Source of the DNA: Leptonemataceae bacterium
GTDB lineage: Bacteria; Spirochaetota; Leptospiria; Leptospirales; Leptonemataceae
Direction of reading: 5' to 3'
DNA: 64,000 bases
Assembly (NCBI GenBank): GCA_965227295.1
Contig: OZ245742.1
Coordinates: 1,184,001 to 1,248,000, forward strand
The translations under genes and the position numbers were made by a program. This document shows, in pieces, positions 1-8,986 of this stretch. Position 1 is the stretch's first letter; every line of letters begins with the position of its first letter. Below the pieces are notes generated by a model. That model searched no databases. It was given only the letters and a program-made list of their open reading frames with translations, and had not been told where the DNA came from.

Positions 1-1009
1 CGCTCAGGTCTTTCTCGTTTTTGTAGAGCAGGCCGTCCGGAACGTGCAGAGAGTTCGCGCCGTTGTCCAGGAACTCGGTGTACGCAAAAAAGTAGCGGGA
101 GGTAGCACCGATAAGATCCAGAGTATTCGGAGCATCGTCGTACCAGGTATAGAGGCCCTCGCGGTCCGTTCTGGAACAGCCGAACGGAAAACAGGCCCCG
201 CCGCCCATCCCACTCGAGTAATTACTGCGATGTTTGATCTCGTCGTTATAATAGAAGAAACGACCGAAGCTGCTCAACGTACGCGCATCATCTACCTCCG
301 GCATGGGGCCGAGATCGCCAAAGGGTTTGTAGAACATGTCGCCGGGATACACGAACGGCTCGCGTTCCAGGTTCCGCAGCACGGTGATCTGCCGGAAGTA
401 GTTCTCCTCCGGAAGAAAACGAAACACCTTGATCAACTCCAGGCGATGATTGATGCGCGGTTCCTTGCGATAAAAGCGCACCGGCAATGAAAAGCGCACT
501 TCGTGAACGCCCGTCGTTTCGTCGTGACTCACCGAATCCAGACGAAATACCGCGTCGTTCAACGGCGGCAGGGCCAGTTGTTCCGGATAGATCCCGTCGG
601 CGTATGTATGAAACTGAAAGTCCATACCATTGCCGCGCGTAATTTCGATGGCATCGTATTTCTTTGCCAGCGGATCGCCGGTCCCCGCAATGACCGTGTC
701 CGGAATCTTGAGTTGATCGTGGCTTTCGATGTACATGCCGCTGATGCGGCCGCCTTTCGTATTCAGCTTCGCCACAAAGTAGCCGGTTTCCACCGTTACT
801 TCTTCGCCGGGGCCGTTTGTGGAAAAAACGAAGTCTCCGAATTTGGCCGGATCGAAATCGGCCGGCCGCGGAGACGGCGGAGGGGTGCGATCCTCGTTCG
901 GGCTGGTAAAGAATTGCATGCCCAGTATGACGAGGGCTCCAATAATAAAAACGGGCAGGAACGAGGACGCGGGGCCCGGCTGATCTTTCTGTTGGTTTTC
1001 GCTGCTCAT
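1..1009 (-). CDS. yidC: Membrane protein insertase YidC (N-terminal part; runs off the left edge)
   Basis: Hand-translated from ATG at 1009: MSSENQQKDQPGPASSFLPVFIIGALVILGMQFF (one TM), then a periplasmic region with ...VTVETGYFVAKLNTKGGRISG. It is absent from the ORF track, consistent with running off the edge. Canonical position after rpmH-rnpA-yidD. Confidence 0.85.
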   Translation of the reverse strand, partial: MSSENQQKDQPGPASSFLPVFIIGALVILGMQFFTSPNEDRTPPPSPRPADFDPAKFGDFVFSTNGPGEEVTVETGYFVAKLNTKGGRISGMYIESHDQLKIPDTVIAGTGDPLAKKYDAIEITRGNGMDFQFHTYADGIYPEQLALPPLNDAVFRLDSVSHDETTGVHEVRFSLPVRFYRKEPRINHRLELIKVFRFLPEENYFRQITVLRNLEREPFVYPGDMFYKPFGDLGPMPEVDDARTLSSFGRFFYYNDEIKHRSNYSSGMGGGACFPFGCSRTDREGLYTWYDDAPNTLDLIGATSRYFFAYTEFLDNGANSLHVPDGLLYKNEKDLS

Positions 1010-1018
1010 GTCGGGAAA

Positions 1019-1321
1019 CTAGCACTCCTGGTGTGAATGATGACAGGGTTTTGATGCATCCGGAGACACCGGGTCGTGATAACCCCGGGATAGAGGATTG
1101 CATCGAAGGATACGCCACACGGTTTTGCCAAGGGCGGTGAAGAACGGCAGGCGCTCGAAGGCTTCGATGCCGTAGGCCGAACACGTGGGATAAAAACGAC
1201 ACTGCCCGCCGATCAAACGGCCGAGGCTGTGTTGGTACATATGAATAAAAGCGACGGCAACCCGGTTCGCGGGATGCAGGGGGCGGTGGTCCGCGGAGGG
1301 GTTGGTCTCAAGCGAGTTCAT
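1019..1321 (-). CDS. yidD: Membrane protein insertion efficiency factor YidD
   Basis: QCRFYPTCSAYGIEA...RILRCNPLSRGYHDPV signature; start taken at MNSLETN (ATG 1321), overlapping the rnpA stop. Confidence 0.92.
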   Translation of the reverse strand: MNSLETNPSADHRPLHPANRVAVAFIHMYQHSLGRLIGGQCRFYPTCSAYGIEAFERLPFFTALGKTVWRILRCNPLSRGYHDPVSPDASKPCHHSHQEC

Positions 1322-1683
1322 GGACGATTCCGATCGACTTCGATCAGACCGGCGCGGCGCAGCAGCTTCCGGAGTACCCGGCGGCGTTCTTGCAGAGAAA
1401 GCGTTTCGAATTTCGGTGCGGGGAACACCGCGGCGTGAAACCCTTCTCCGGCGTCGAGGATCAGCGGATCCAGGCTCTCTCGGGTGATGCGGCGCAGGCG
1501 ATTCCGCCGGGCAGCGGTGCCGTGCTTTTTCGAGATGCAAATTGCGAAACGGCCGGGCGATGCTTCCGCGTCGCGAACCAGAAGTGCAATAGTCTCTCCT
1601 CGATGGTACTTTCCATTCGCAAAGAGCCGATCGAAGTTGCGTTTTCCCTTAAGAGTAACTTGCCGATACTGCGCAGTTCCCAA
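1318..1683 (-). CDS. rnpA: Ribonuclease P protein component
   Basis: LKGKRNFDRLF...ISKKHGTAARRNRLRRITRE (RNR motif); synteny with rpmH and yidD. Confidence 0.92.
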   Translation of the reverse strand: MGTAQYRQVTLKGKRNFDRLFANGKYHRGETIALLVRDAEASPGRFAICISKKHGTAARRNRLRRITRESLDPLILDAGEGFHAAVFPAPKFETLSLQERRRVLRKLLRRAGLIEVDRNRP

Positions 1684-1688
1684 CCGGT

Positions 1689-1844
1689 CTATTTCTTAAA
1701 CGCCGTGTCCGATACGGACAGGCGATAGCGTCCTTTTTGACGGCGGCTGGCGAGAACTTTGCGTCCGTTCTTCGTTGCCATACGCGCTCGAAAGCCGTGC
1801 TTCCGAATTCTACGCTTGTTATGCGGCTGATAGGTCCGTTTCAT
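1689..1844 (-). CDS. rpmH: 50S ribosomal protein L34
   Basis: Hand-translated, too short for the ORF track: [51 protein letters not shown]. Confidence 0.97.
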   Translation of the reverse strand: MKRTYQPHNKRRIRKHGFRARMATKNGRKVLASRRQKGRYRLSVSDTAFKK

Positions 1845-2071
1845 GATGGTTGCCTGACTGATAAAAATGGAATGCGTGGGGCAGCGGCGCGCTGATCAGA
1901 ATGGAAGGTCCGGAGACGGGGCGCCTTAATTTGCCGATGTTGCCCTGAATAATCGAAAAACCGAACGAAAATGCCTCTATGATCAGGGCAGGGTTTTGAG
2001 TGAACGACCCCGGGTCAACAGATTTTAGCCCTGGTGCGGCTACACAGGTACGTAGAGCAGCCGACACTTTT

Positions 2072-2100
2072 TTGGACGGCGGGAAGGTGATTTTTATAAT
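2072..2100 (+). promoter_or_regulatory. Sigma70-type promoter for dnaA
   Basis: TTGGAC-N17-TATAAT (perfect -10) about 80 nt upstream of the dnaA start. Confidence 0.65.
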
Positions 2101-2178
2101 TTTCACTTGAATCTGAGTGACCGCGGGAAATTAATCTCGCCACACTAAACACTGGAATCGGCTCGGGGTCGTAACAAT

Positions 2179-3516
2179 TTGGAAGAGGCGTGGCACAAAG
2201 CTCTGAACAAAGCTCTACAGGAACTAAGAAAAGAGTTCCCACCAGGCATGTACGAGCCCCTGCTTCGAGCAGTGCGGCCCCTGGAGCTGCAATCCAACCC
2301 CGGCAACGGGCACGATGGTGCTTCTGAAGAGACGTTCGTCGTCGGTATTAGTGACAGCAGCCTGCTTCCGAGGCTTCCGCAGCACTCGGAAGCCATTCGC
2401 ACACGCTTAAAGTCTCTGATGGGCCGTGACGTGGCCGTTGAGTTTCGCCCGTTCTCTCCTCAGGACGCCTCAAACAACGCGGAACTGCCGCGCTGGCTGA
2501 ATCGCAACCATACCTTCGATCGTTTTCTCAAGAGTAATTCCAACCAGATGGCGGTTATGGCCTGCGAAGCCGTGGTGGCGCAACCGGGTCGCAGCAACCC
2601 GCTCTACCTTCACGGCGACTCCGGTATGGGCAAGACGCACCTGGTGCACGCCCTTTCCGCCGAGCTCCTCCGGCGCCATCCAGGCATTCGCATTTGCTAC
2701 ACCAGCTTTGAGGATCTACGCGACGAGTTTCTCAAGTCCGTATCCAGTAAACAGACCCTGGAGTTCAAAGAAGGATACCGCGGCTACGATGTCCTGGTCA
2801 TCGAGGACATTCAGTACCTGCGTCCCACCAGCGAGAGCTTGCAGGAAGAATTCTTTCACATCTTCAACCACTACTATGAATCCGGCAAACAAATCGTACT
2901 CACGTCGGAACGGCCGGCAGCGGAACTCATGGTGGGCAGTCGACTCATGAGCCGACTTCTTTCCGGTCTGCAGGTGCGCATCGGCACCTCGGAACCGGGC
3001 CTGCGCGAAGCCGTCGTCGACGACCGCAGCCGGGAAATGAACCTCGACCTCTCCGCGGACGTGCGTCAGTATCTCTGTTCCCGTGTAACCACGAGCATTC
3101 GCGAGCTTGAGTCCGCACTGAATAAGATCTATTTCCTCCAGCAGAAGGGTGTTCCTGCCGATTCAGTGAAGAGCGTGCAGGAACATCTTCAGGATTTTAT
3201 TCCGACGAATCAGAATCTGTTTTTCTCCCTCGATCAAATCGTCGAGGTGGTCTGCCGGCGCTACAACATCACCCGCGAACAGATTCTCTCGTCCTCCCGC
3301 AAAGCCGAGTACACCCTCCCCCGGCACATTGCCATGTATCTGGGGATTCAGTACTCGAACCTCAACAAGTCCGCCATTGCGCGCTACTTTCGCAAGAGCG
3401 ACCACACCACGGTCATCAACGCCGAACGCAACATCCAGAAGCGCATCCAGAAAGAGATGGGCTTCGCTCAACTTCTCGAAGAGATTGTGAGTGAGTTGCG
3501 CAAAGACGGTGCATAA
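2179..3516 (+). CDS. dnaA: Chromosomal replication initiator DnaA
   Basis: NPLYLHGDSGMGKTHL (Walker A), VIEDIQYL (Walker B), QEEFFHIFN, RLMSR, domain IV PRHIAMYL...DHTTVINA; TTG start. Confidence 0.97.
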   Translation: MEEAWHKALNKALQELRKEFPPGMYEPLLRAVRPLELQSNPGNGHDGASEETFVVGISDSSLLPRLPQHSEAIRTRLKSLMGRDVAVEFRPFSPQDASNNAELPRWLNRNHTFDRFLKSNSNQMAVMACEAVVAQPGRSNPLYLHGDSGMGKTHLVHALSAELLRRHPGIRICYTSFEDLRDEFLKSVSSKQTLEFKEGYRGYDVLVIEDIQYLRPTSESLQEEFFHIFNHYYESGKQIVLTSERPAAELMVGSRLMSRLLSGLQVRIGTSEPGLREAVVDDRSREMNLDLSADVRQYLCSRVTTSIRELESALNKIYFLQQKGVPADSVKSVQEHLQDFIPTNQNLFFSLDQIVEVVCRRYNITREQILSSSRKAEYTLPRHIAMYLGIQYSNLNKSAIARYFRKSDHTTVINAERNIQKRIQKEMGFAQLLEEIVSELRKDGA

Positions 3517-3908
3517 CTTTCCCCTGCTCGGTAAAAAGTCCCCCGGTCACGGTACAACTCTGCGTTTCGAGTGAATATTTTCGCCGTTTCCGCGGGCTGC
3601 GAACGAAAAATGTTGTCAAAAAACGGCTCCAGGGCCGTGAAGATACGGTACAGATGACATAATCTCGTGCGCACCCGGTGCATAGCATGCATCGAAATCC
3701 ACCGGGCCAGGGAACCGGGAAAAAGACGAAAGCTCCGGCGTCGTTCTTTTCCCGCGACCGTTCTTGCGGAAGTGACGGGAATCGCCAATTCCGTAAAGAA
3801 TCGGCGACTTTTTCCCTTATCCACGGGTACATGTACAACAGTACGTACACACATATTCTTTAAATATACAAAGACGAAACGCAGATCGGGAAAACACAGG
3901 ACCATTCA
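3508..3908. other. Probable oriC (dnaA-dnaN intergenic region)
   Basis: About 390 nt non-coding gap. DnaA-box-like TTATCCACG at 3817-3825 and TTATGCACC (minus strand) at 3508-3516, followed by an AT-rich tract at about 3850-3875. Gene orientation diverges at rpmH/dnaA. Confidence 0.65.
3782..3813 (+). terminator. Possible intrinsic terminator hairpin upstream of the best DnaA box
   Basis: TCGCCAATTC-cgtaaa-GAATCGGCGA (9 of 10 pairs) followed by CTTTTT. Confidence 0.45.
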
Positions 3909-5024
3909 ATGAAATTCAAAGTCGACCGCCAGGAGTTCCACAAGGCCGTTGCTACCGTGGAGAGCATTATCCCCGCCCGGGAGATCCGCTCCATTATCTC
4001 GAATATTCTCATCGAGGCGGACAAGGATCGGGTAACCCTCACGGCCACGGATCTGGAGATGGGCATCAAGACGTCCATCCCGGTGCAAACCGAAGAAAAA
4101 GGAAAGTTAACGCTCCCGGCCAAAAAAATGAGCCAGGCCATCCGCGAGTTTCGCGGTTCGGAGATCCTGTTTCAGTCGGACAGCGAAGACCGCATCACCA
4201 TCCAGGACGCTTCCGGGGTCAGCAAGGCGCGCATTACGCTCATGGGCACGCCCAGCGATGAGTATCCCACCATCCCCACGTTGGACGCCGAGGCTTACAC
4301 ACCTTTCCCGGTATCCGTCGCCATGGAAATGATCCGCAAGACATCGTACTCCATGGCCGAAGAGGACGCCCGTTACGTATTTAACGGTCTCTATTTAATC
4401 AACGAAGGCAACCGCGTTTCGTTTGTGGCCACGGACGGCCGGCGACTCTCGAAAATCACCCGCGAGTTTCCGGCGGCTTTGCCGTTCACGGACGGCGTGA
4501 TTCTACCGAACAAAGCAGTGCGCGAACTTCAGAAGATTCTGGACTCCAGCGAGGAAGGCAAGATCGCTTTCGACGAAAAAGAACGGCGCATATACTTTCA
4601 ACTCGGTGGCGTAAATCTCATCAGCAAGCTGATCGACGGACAGTTTCCGGACTATAAGCAGGTCATTCCCAGGAAACTCGAAAGCAAGATCGATCTCGAA
4701 CGCACCGTTCTGGATAACTCGCTGCGCCAGGTCGCCGTCATGGCCGCGGAACCGTCTCGCCAGGTGCGCCTTACGTTTGCAAAAGATGCACTGAACATTG
4801 CGGCATCTACGCCGGACATCGGCGAGGCCTCGGATACGGTGGGCACGCAGTACTCCGGCGAAGAAATGACCATCGCGTTCAATTCGAACTATCTTATGGA
4901 TGTGCTGAAGATCATCGGCGCCGAGGCGATTCAGATCGGTTTCTCTTCGGCCTCGGCGCCCTCCATGGTGCAGGATCCGGAAGATCCGGACTTCATTGCC
5001 GTCATCATGCCGATGAAAATCTAA
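3909..5024 (+). CDS. dnaN: DNA polymerase III beta sliding clamp
   Basis: LTATDLEMGI, VATDGRRLS, KLIDGQFPDYKQVIP, IAFNSNYL, C-terminal VIMPMKI. Confidence 0.97.
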   Translation: MKFKVDRQEFHKAVATVESIIPAREIRSIISNILIEADKDRVTLTATDLEMGIKTSIPVQTEEKGKLTLPAKKMSQAIREFRGSEILFQSDSEDRITIQDASGVSKARITLMGTPSDEYPTIPTLDAEAYTPFPVSVAMEMIRKTSYSMAEEDARYVFNGLYLINEGNRVSFVATDGRRLSKITREFPAALPFTDGVILPNKAVRELQKILDSSEEGKIAFDEKERRIYFQLGGVNLISKLIDGQFPDYKQVIPRKLESKIDLERTVLDNSLRQVAVMAAEPSRQVRLTFAKDALNIAASTPDIGEASDTVGTQYSGEEMTIAFNSNYLMDVLKIIGAEAIQIGFSSASAPSMVQDPEDPDFIAVIMPMKI

Positions 5025-5048
5025 GGCGCGCAGTTTCTCCGGGCATTC

Positions 5049-6179
5049 TTGAAACTCCTTTCGCTTCAGCTTAAGAACTTCCGCACCTATGCAAACCTGG
5101 AACTGGAGTTTCCGTCGCGGCTGTGTTTTCTCACGGGTGCAAACGCAAACGGCAAAACCAACGTCATCGAGGCCATTGGTCTTTTATCCATTGGAAAATC
5201 CTTTCGTGGTGCGAGCGACGAGGACATGGTTCGCGACGGCGAACAGGGCTACTACATCGAGGGCAAGTTCGAGAAAGACGGGCAGCTTTTTGAACTGAGC
5301 TTCGGTCTGGATCTTTCCGGCGGGCGCGGCAAAGCCCGGCGGCGTATCAAACTTAACGGCAAACAACTCCCCGGACGATCCGCACTCATCGGTCATATCG
5401 TCAGTGTCATCTTCAGTCCCCAGGACATTCTCATTGCCGAGGGCGGGCCCTCGTACCGCCGACGTTTCCTGGACCTGGTGCTATCATACCAAAACCCGGC
5501 CTACTTCAAACAACTGCTCGCCTTCAATCGTGCGCTGAGACAGCGCAATGCCCTGTTAAAAAAGATCAAGGGCGGCAAGGCCCGCATGGCCGACGTGGAT
5601 CCCTGGAACGGGCCGTTAATCGAACACGGTGGTCACATCACCAGGGCGCGGCGGGACTTTGTGCTGGAGTTTGAATCAATCTTTCACGACTCGTTGCAGC
5701 GCATCTCCGGAAATCGCGATACGTTGAACATGCGGCTCGTCTATTCCGCCGATGGTGAGGGGCAGGACTACGGCGCCGCTCTGAAACGCTACGCCGTGCG
5801 TGACTCGGCTCTTGGATACACGGGCGTCGGCCCGCATCGTCAGAACCTGCTTTTCGAACGTGACGGCCAGGACATCCTGCGCTTCGGCAGTCAGGGACAA
5901 CGTCGGAGTCTGGTGCTGGCGTTACGGATTGCGCAGTTCTGGTTTCTCAAGAAGAGCCTGCGACTTTCGCCGCTGCTTTTAATCGACGACGTGATTCGGG
6001 AGCTGGACGCACGCCGCCGCGGCGCCTTTGTGCAATTGTTGGAAGAATGCGGCCAGGCCGTGTTTACGACACCGGACCTGGACGGCCTCGATTCGGCTCC
6101 GGGCGGCCTGCAGGAAAATTTACGCCGGGACATGACCGTCTATCATGTGGCGGAAATCGGCCGCATGGAACGGCGCTGA
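5049..6179 (+). CDS. recF: DNA replication and repair protein RecF
   Basis: NFRTY, GANANGKTN, RRRFLD, GPHRQNL, GSQGQRR, LLIDDV..ELD. Confidence 0.96.
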   Translation: MKLLSLQLKNFRTYANLELEFPSRLCFLTGANANGKTNVIEAIGLLSIGKSFRGASDEDMVRDGEQGYYIEGKFEKDGQLFELSFGLDLSGGRGKARRRIKLNGKQLPGRSALIGHIVSVIFSPQDILIAEGGPSYRRRFLDLVLSYQNPAYFKQLLAFNRALRQRNALLKKIKGGKARMADVDPWNGPLIEHGGHITRARRDFVLEFESIFHDSLQRISGNRDTLNMRLVYSADGEGQDYGAALKRYAVRDSALGYTGVGPHRQNLLFERDGQDILRFGSQGQRRSLVLALRIAQFWFLKKSLRLSPLLLIDDVIRELDARRRGAFVQLLEECGQAVFTTPDLDGLDSAPGGLQENLRRDMTVYHVAEIGRMERR

Positions 6180-6231
6180 CGAAAAATCGTTTATGTCTTG
6201 TAAATCGTCGCCGGGGCGGTACACTGAACCC

Positions 6232-6711
6232 ATGCCCCCGGCCGATACTCATAACAGCAACTCGCGCGCGGATGCAACGCCGGACGGCTCTTTTGAGAGC
6301 GAGGTGGTGCGCGCCGTGTTCGGTGAGCGCGCCGATGATTTGCGTGCAACCCGGTTGTTGGTGAAGTGCCAGTCGTTCTGGCCGGACATTGCCGGCGGCT
6401 TCAGCAAACACAGTCGTCCGTATCGAGTTCATCGGGACGAGCTGTTTGTGCGCGTGGAGCACTCGACCTATGCTCAGGATCTTCAGCTCATGAGCACGGA
6501 GATTCTGAAGCGCATCCGTCGATTGACCGGCGGCGAGCTGCGTCGGCTGGTGGTGAAGCAGGGACGCATCGATTGGACGGAAGATGCGTCGACGATGCTG
6601 CCGGAAGATCGGCCGACGGATGCATACGGCAAACGTAAGCCGGAAGATTTGAACGAGGGCCAGAGAGAACTCCTGGACGGCCTGAATCGAATCGTCGGTA
6701 AGCAAGATTGA
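6232..6711 (+). CDS. DciA / DUF721 family helicase-loader-like protein
   Basis: W.DIAG...KHSRP.......LFVRVEHSTYAQDL..M..EILKRI pattern; canonical position after recF. Start chosen at ATG 6232. Confidence 0.8.
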   Translation: MPPADTHNSNSRADATPDGSFESEVVRAVFGERADDLRATRLLVKCQSFWPDIAGGFSKHSRPYRVHRDELFVRVEHSTYAQDLQLMSTEILKRIRRLTGGELRRLVVKQGRIDWTEDASTMLPEDRPTDAYGKRKPEDLNEGQRELLDGLNRIVGKQD

Positions 6712-6748
6712 ACTAACGTTAACAACACGTTCGGAGTCGCGATCTCCC

Positions 6749-7111
6749 ATGATGAGTTTTCTGGCAGTAATCGGATTGATCGCGGCCGTGATCATTTTTT
6801 TGAACCTCCTGCAGGCCAAGGATGCCGTGGAGCGGGTCGGCAAGGACGAGGCGCCCCGCATTGATCTCGACTCCGCTGAGGCGGCCGAGGTCAAACGTGA
6901 TCTCAAAGATCGCGCGCGCATGCGTCGCATCTGCCCGGTCTGTCGCACGGGTCTCACGCAAGAAGAATATCTCATTTGCGCCCTGGAAGAACGCGGAGAG
7001 CGTACGCCGGGAAAAAAACGCCAGGTCCAGATCTACGGATGCGTGCATTGCTTTGCCACCGACGGCGTGAACATGAAGCGCTACGAGAAGATCAAAGACA
7101 TCGATGTTTAG
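6749..7111 (+). CDS. Membrane-anchored zinc-ribbon-like protein
   Basis: N-terminal TM, then CPVC...GCVHC. Confidence 0.7.
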   Translation: MMSFLAVIGLIAAVIIFLNLLQAKDAVERVGKDEAPRIDLDSAEAAEVKRDLKDRARMRRICPVCRTGLTQEEYLICALEERGERTPGKKRQVQIYGCVHCFATDGVNMKRYEKIKDIDV

Positions 7112-7631
7112 GCTCTATCCTGGATTTGTCCTGCTCATGATCGTTTGTTCCGCGGCGTCCTGCCGGAGCGCCGGGGAGCGGCAGGTTTCCGGTGAGAACA
7201 ACGAGGACATCGGCGCGCAATACGAGAATCGTTGCGCCGCTTCTCGAGAACTGAACCGGCAGCTCCTCGTGGATCTAAATCGCATGCGCGATACTCGCCG
7301 CCTTCCGCCCCTGTTTTTCGACGGCGATCTCATGCGCGCAGCGCAGTACCATGCGAACCGCATGGCCGGCCGCGGCGAACTCAGTCACGGCCGCAACGAA
7401 CAGAGCGGACCCTCAGATCGTCTCAAGAGCCTGGGCATCGTGCGGCGCTATGTCGCTGAGAACATCGCGCGGTTCATGCATCGCCGGGATCCGGGCAATT
7501 ACGTGTTGCGTTACTGGGCCGGGGGACGGCAGGAACGTCGGAATATTCTCGCGGATCGTTACTTTCGTGCCGGAGCGGCCCTGGTGCCGGCCGGAGAATA
7601 CTGTTACGCCGTCTTGATTTTAACCGACTGA
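7104..7631 (+). CDS. CAP (SCP-like) domain lipoprotein
   Basis: Signal/lipobox, then LNRMR...LMRAAQYHANRM...LSH...AENIA...W...RRNIL. Confidence 0.85.
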   Translation: MFRLYPGFVLLMIVCSAASCRSAGERQVSGENNEDIGAQYENRCAASRELNRQLLVDLNRMRDTRRLPPLFFDGDLMRAAQYHANRMAGRGELSHGRNEQSGPSDRLKSLGIVRRYVAENIARFMHRRDPGNYVLRYWAGGRQERRNILADRYFRAGAALVPAGEYCYAVLILTD

Positions 7632-7728
7632 TCGTCGAAATGTAAGTTAACGGCACCGGATGCAACGATTGACCGTGCGCCGTTCCGGAGTATTAAGGAT
7701 TTATTAGGTTTTTCTACAGGCGACTATC

Positions 7729-8631
7729 ATGCCCAAAGATATTTCAGCACTGTCCCCGGAAGAAGTCGCCCTGGTGCGACAGACCCTGCAGGGACTCATC
7801 CATCAAATGAACTCCCGCAAGGCGCTCGGCGGCACCAGCGGTCTGATTCCGGACGAGGACATCGTCCTCCAGGCGTTGCAGCACCCGGAACGCGGCGACG
7901 TGCTCATCATCGTTCTCCACGATCCGCGCGGCAAACTCGACATCTTTGTTTCCAATCGCCGGGACCCGGACAATCCCTTCGCCGTCATGAATCGGGAAGC
8001 CCTGCGGGATTATCCTGGTCGGCGCCCCCTGTACCACGGCCACGCAACATTGAAAGATGGGGAGCATGCTTTGTTTCTGATCACCATGCAGGATCGCGAG
8101 CAGTTACACCTGAATCGGGACGCGCGTGTGGAAGTCTTCTCGGCGCACTTCAAGGTACATAACGAAACCCAGTTTGCGCCGAAAGAAGCCGACGACCTCA
8201 AGATCAAACCGCTCAGCCAGTGCAGCCTCGACGAGAAGTGGCAGATCTACAAGAAACAGTGGCCCATGGATGAACGCGTAAGTTTCATCGAAAAAGAGTT
8301 AATGTCCGTGTCGCTTACCTACGCCAGGTACAACGGCCCCGAGAAAACCGAGGTCATGGTGCTCCCGCCCGTGAAGTACCGGGAACGCATCGGTCAGATG
8401 ATTCGGGACGCCTATCCGGGCGGTGTGCGCATTTCCCTTCGCCGGGACTATCCCAAAGAACACAAGGAACGTATGGCCAAAGTGCATACGTATCTGCGCG
8501 AGCTTGCTGACGGCATGAAAAACAAGATCGCAAAAGAGAATCCGGACGGACTGAACAAACACTACGAAGAGATTACCGAGTTCGTCGAGGACGTCATCGA
8601 AAACGATCCCGATCTCACGCACTTCGCCTGA
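7729..8631 (+). CDS. Hypothetical cytoplasmic protein
   Basis: 300 aa ORF with genome-like codon usage; possible own promoter TTGACC-N16-TATTAA at 7669-7696. Confidence 0.8.
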   Translation: MPKDISALSPEEVALVRQTLQGLIHQMNSRKALGGTSGLIPDEDIVLQALQHPERGDVLIIVLHDPRGKLDIFVSNRRDPDNPFAVMNREALRDYPGRRPLYHGHATLKDGEHALFLITMQDREQLHLNRDARVEVFSAHFKVHNETQFAPKEADDLKIKPLSQCSLDEKWQIYKKQWPMDERVSFIEKELMSVSLTYARYNGPEKTEVMVLPPVKYRERIGQMIRDAYPGGVRISLRRDYPKEHKERMAKVHTYLRELADGMKNKIAKENPDGLNKHYEEITEFVEDVIENDPDLTHFA

Positions 8632-8632
8632 A

Positions 8633-8986
8633 CTATTCGGCGTTCGGGCAACGGTACGACGCAAAGTAGTACGTCCGATCGTACTCTCGCGTGGTGGCGT
8701 AGCCGAAGCGCGCGTCCACGTGAGTGGACGTCGTTGTGTCGCCGGTGATGCCGTCTTCAACCAGGACGTAATCCCGGCATTCGATGCTCGCCAGTAACTT
8801 CTCTTTGGCAATGCTTACCTTTGCCGCAGGCACCTCGTCCAGAGAATAGTAGCCCACCATGATCTGCCGCGTGCGGACGTTTGTTTCGTAGTTTTGTTTC
8901 ACGAAGACCGGCTGGTAGTCCGGCGTCACGCACGCTGCCAGCAGGAGGGCGATCAGCGGAAATGTGAATCTCAGAAGGGACATCAT
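8633..8986 (-). CDS. Small lipoprotein
   Basis: Lipobox LLLAAC; overlaps the stop of the upstream EEP gene. Confidence 0.75.
   Translation of the reverse strand: MMSLLRFTFPLIALLLAACVTPDYQPVFVKQNYETNVRTRQIMVGYYSLDEVPAAKVSIAKEKLLASIECRDYVLVEDGITGDTTTSTHVDARFGYATTREYDRTYYFASYRCPNAE

Noticed and set aside
288..1202. 304-aa minus-strand ORF in the track
   Set aside because: Out-of-frame overlap of yidC, whose real frame starts at 1009 and runs off the edge; R/S/G-rich shadow composition.
3826..3850. DnaA-trio array after the DnaA box
   Set aside because: TAC/GTA triplets occur but not in a continuous 3-nt register; too weak to call.
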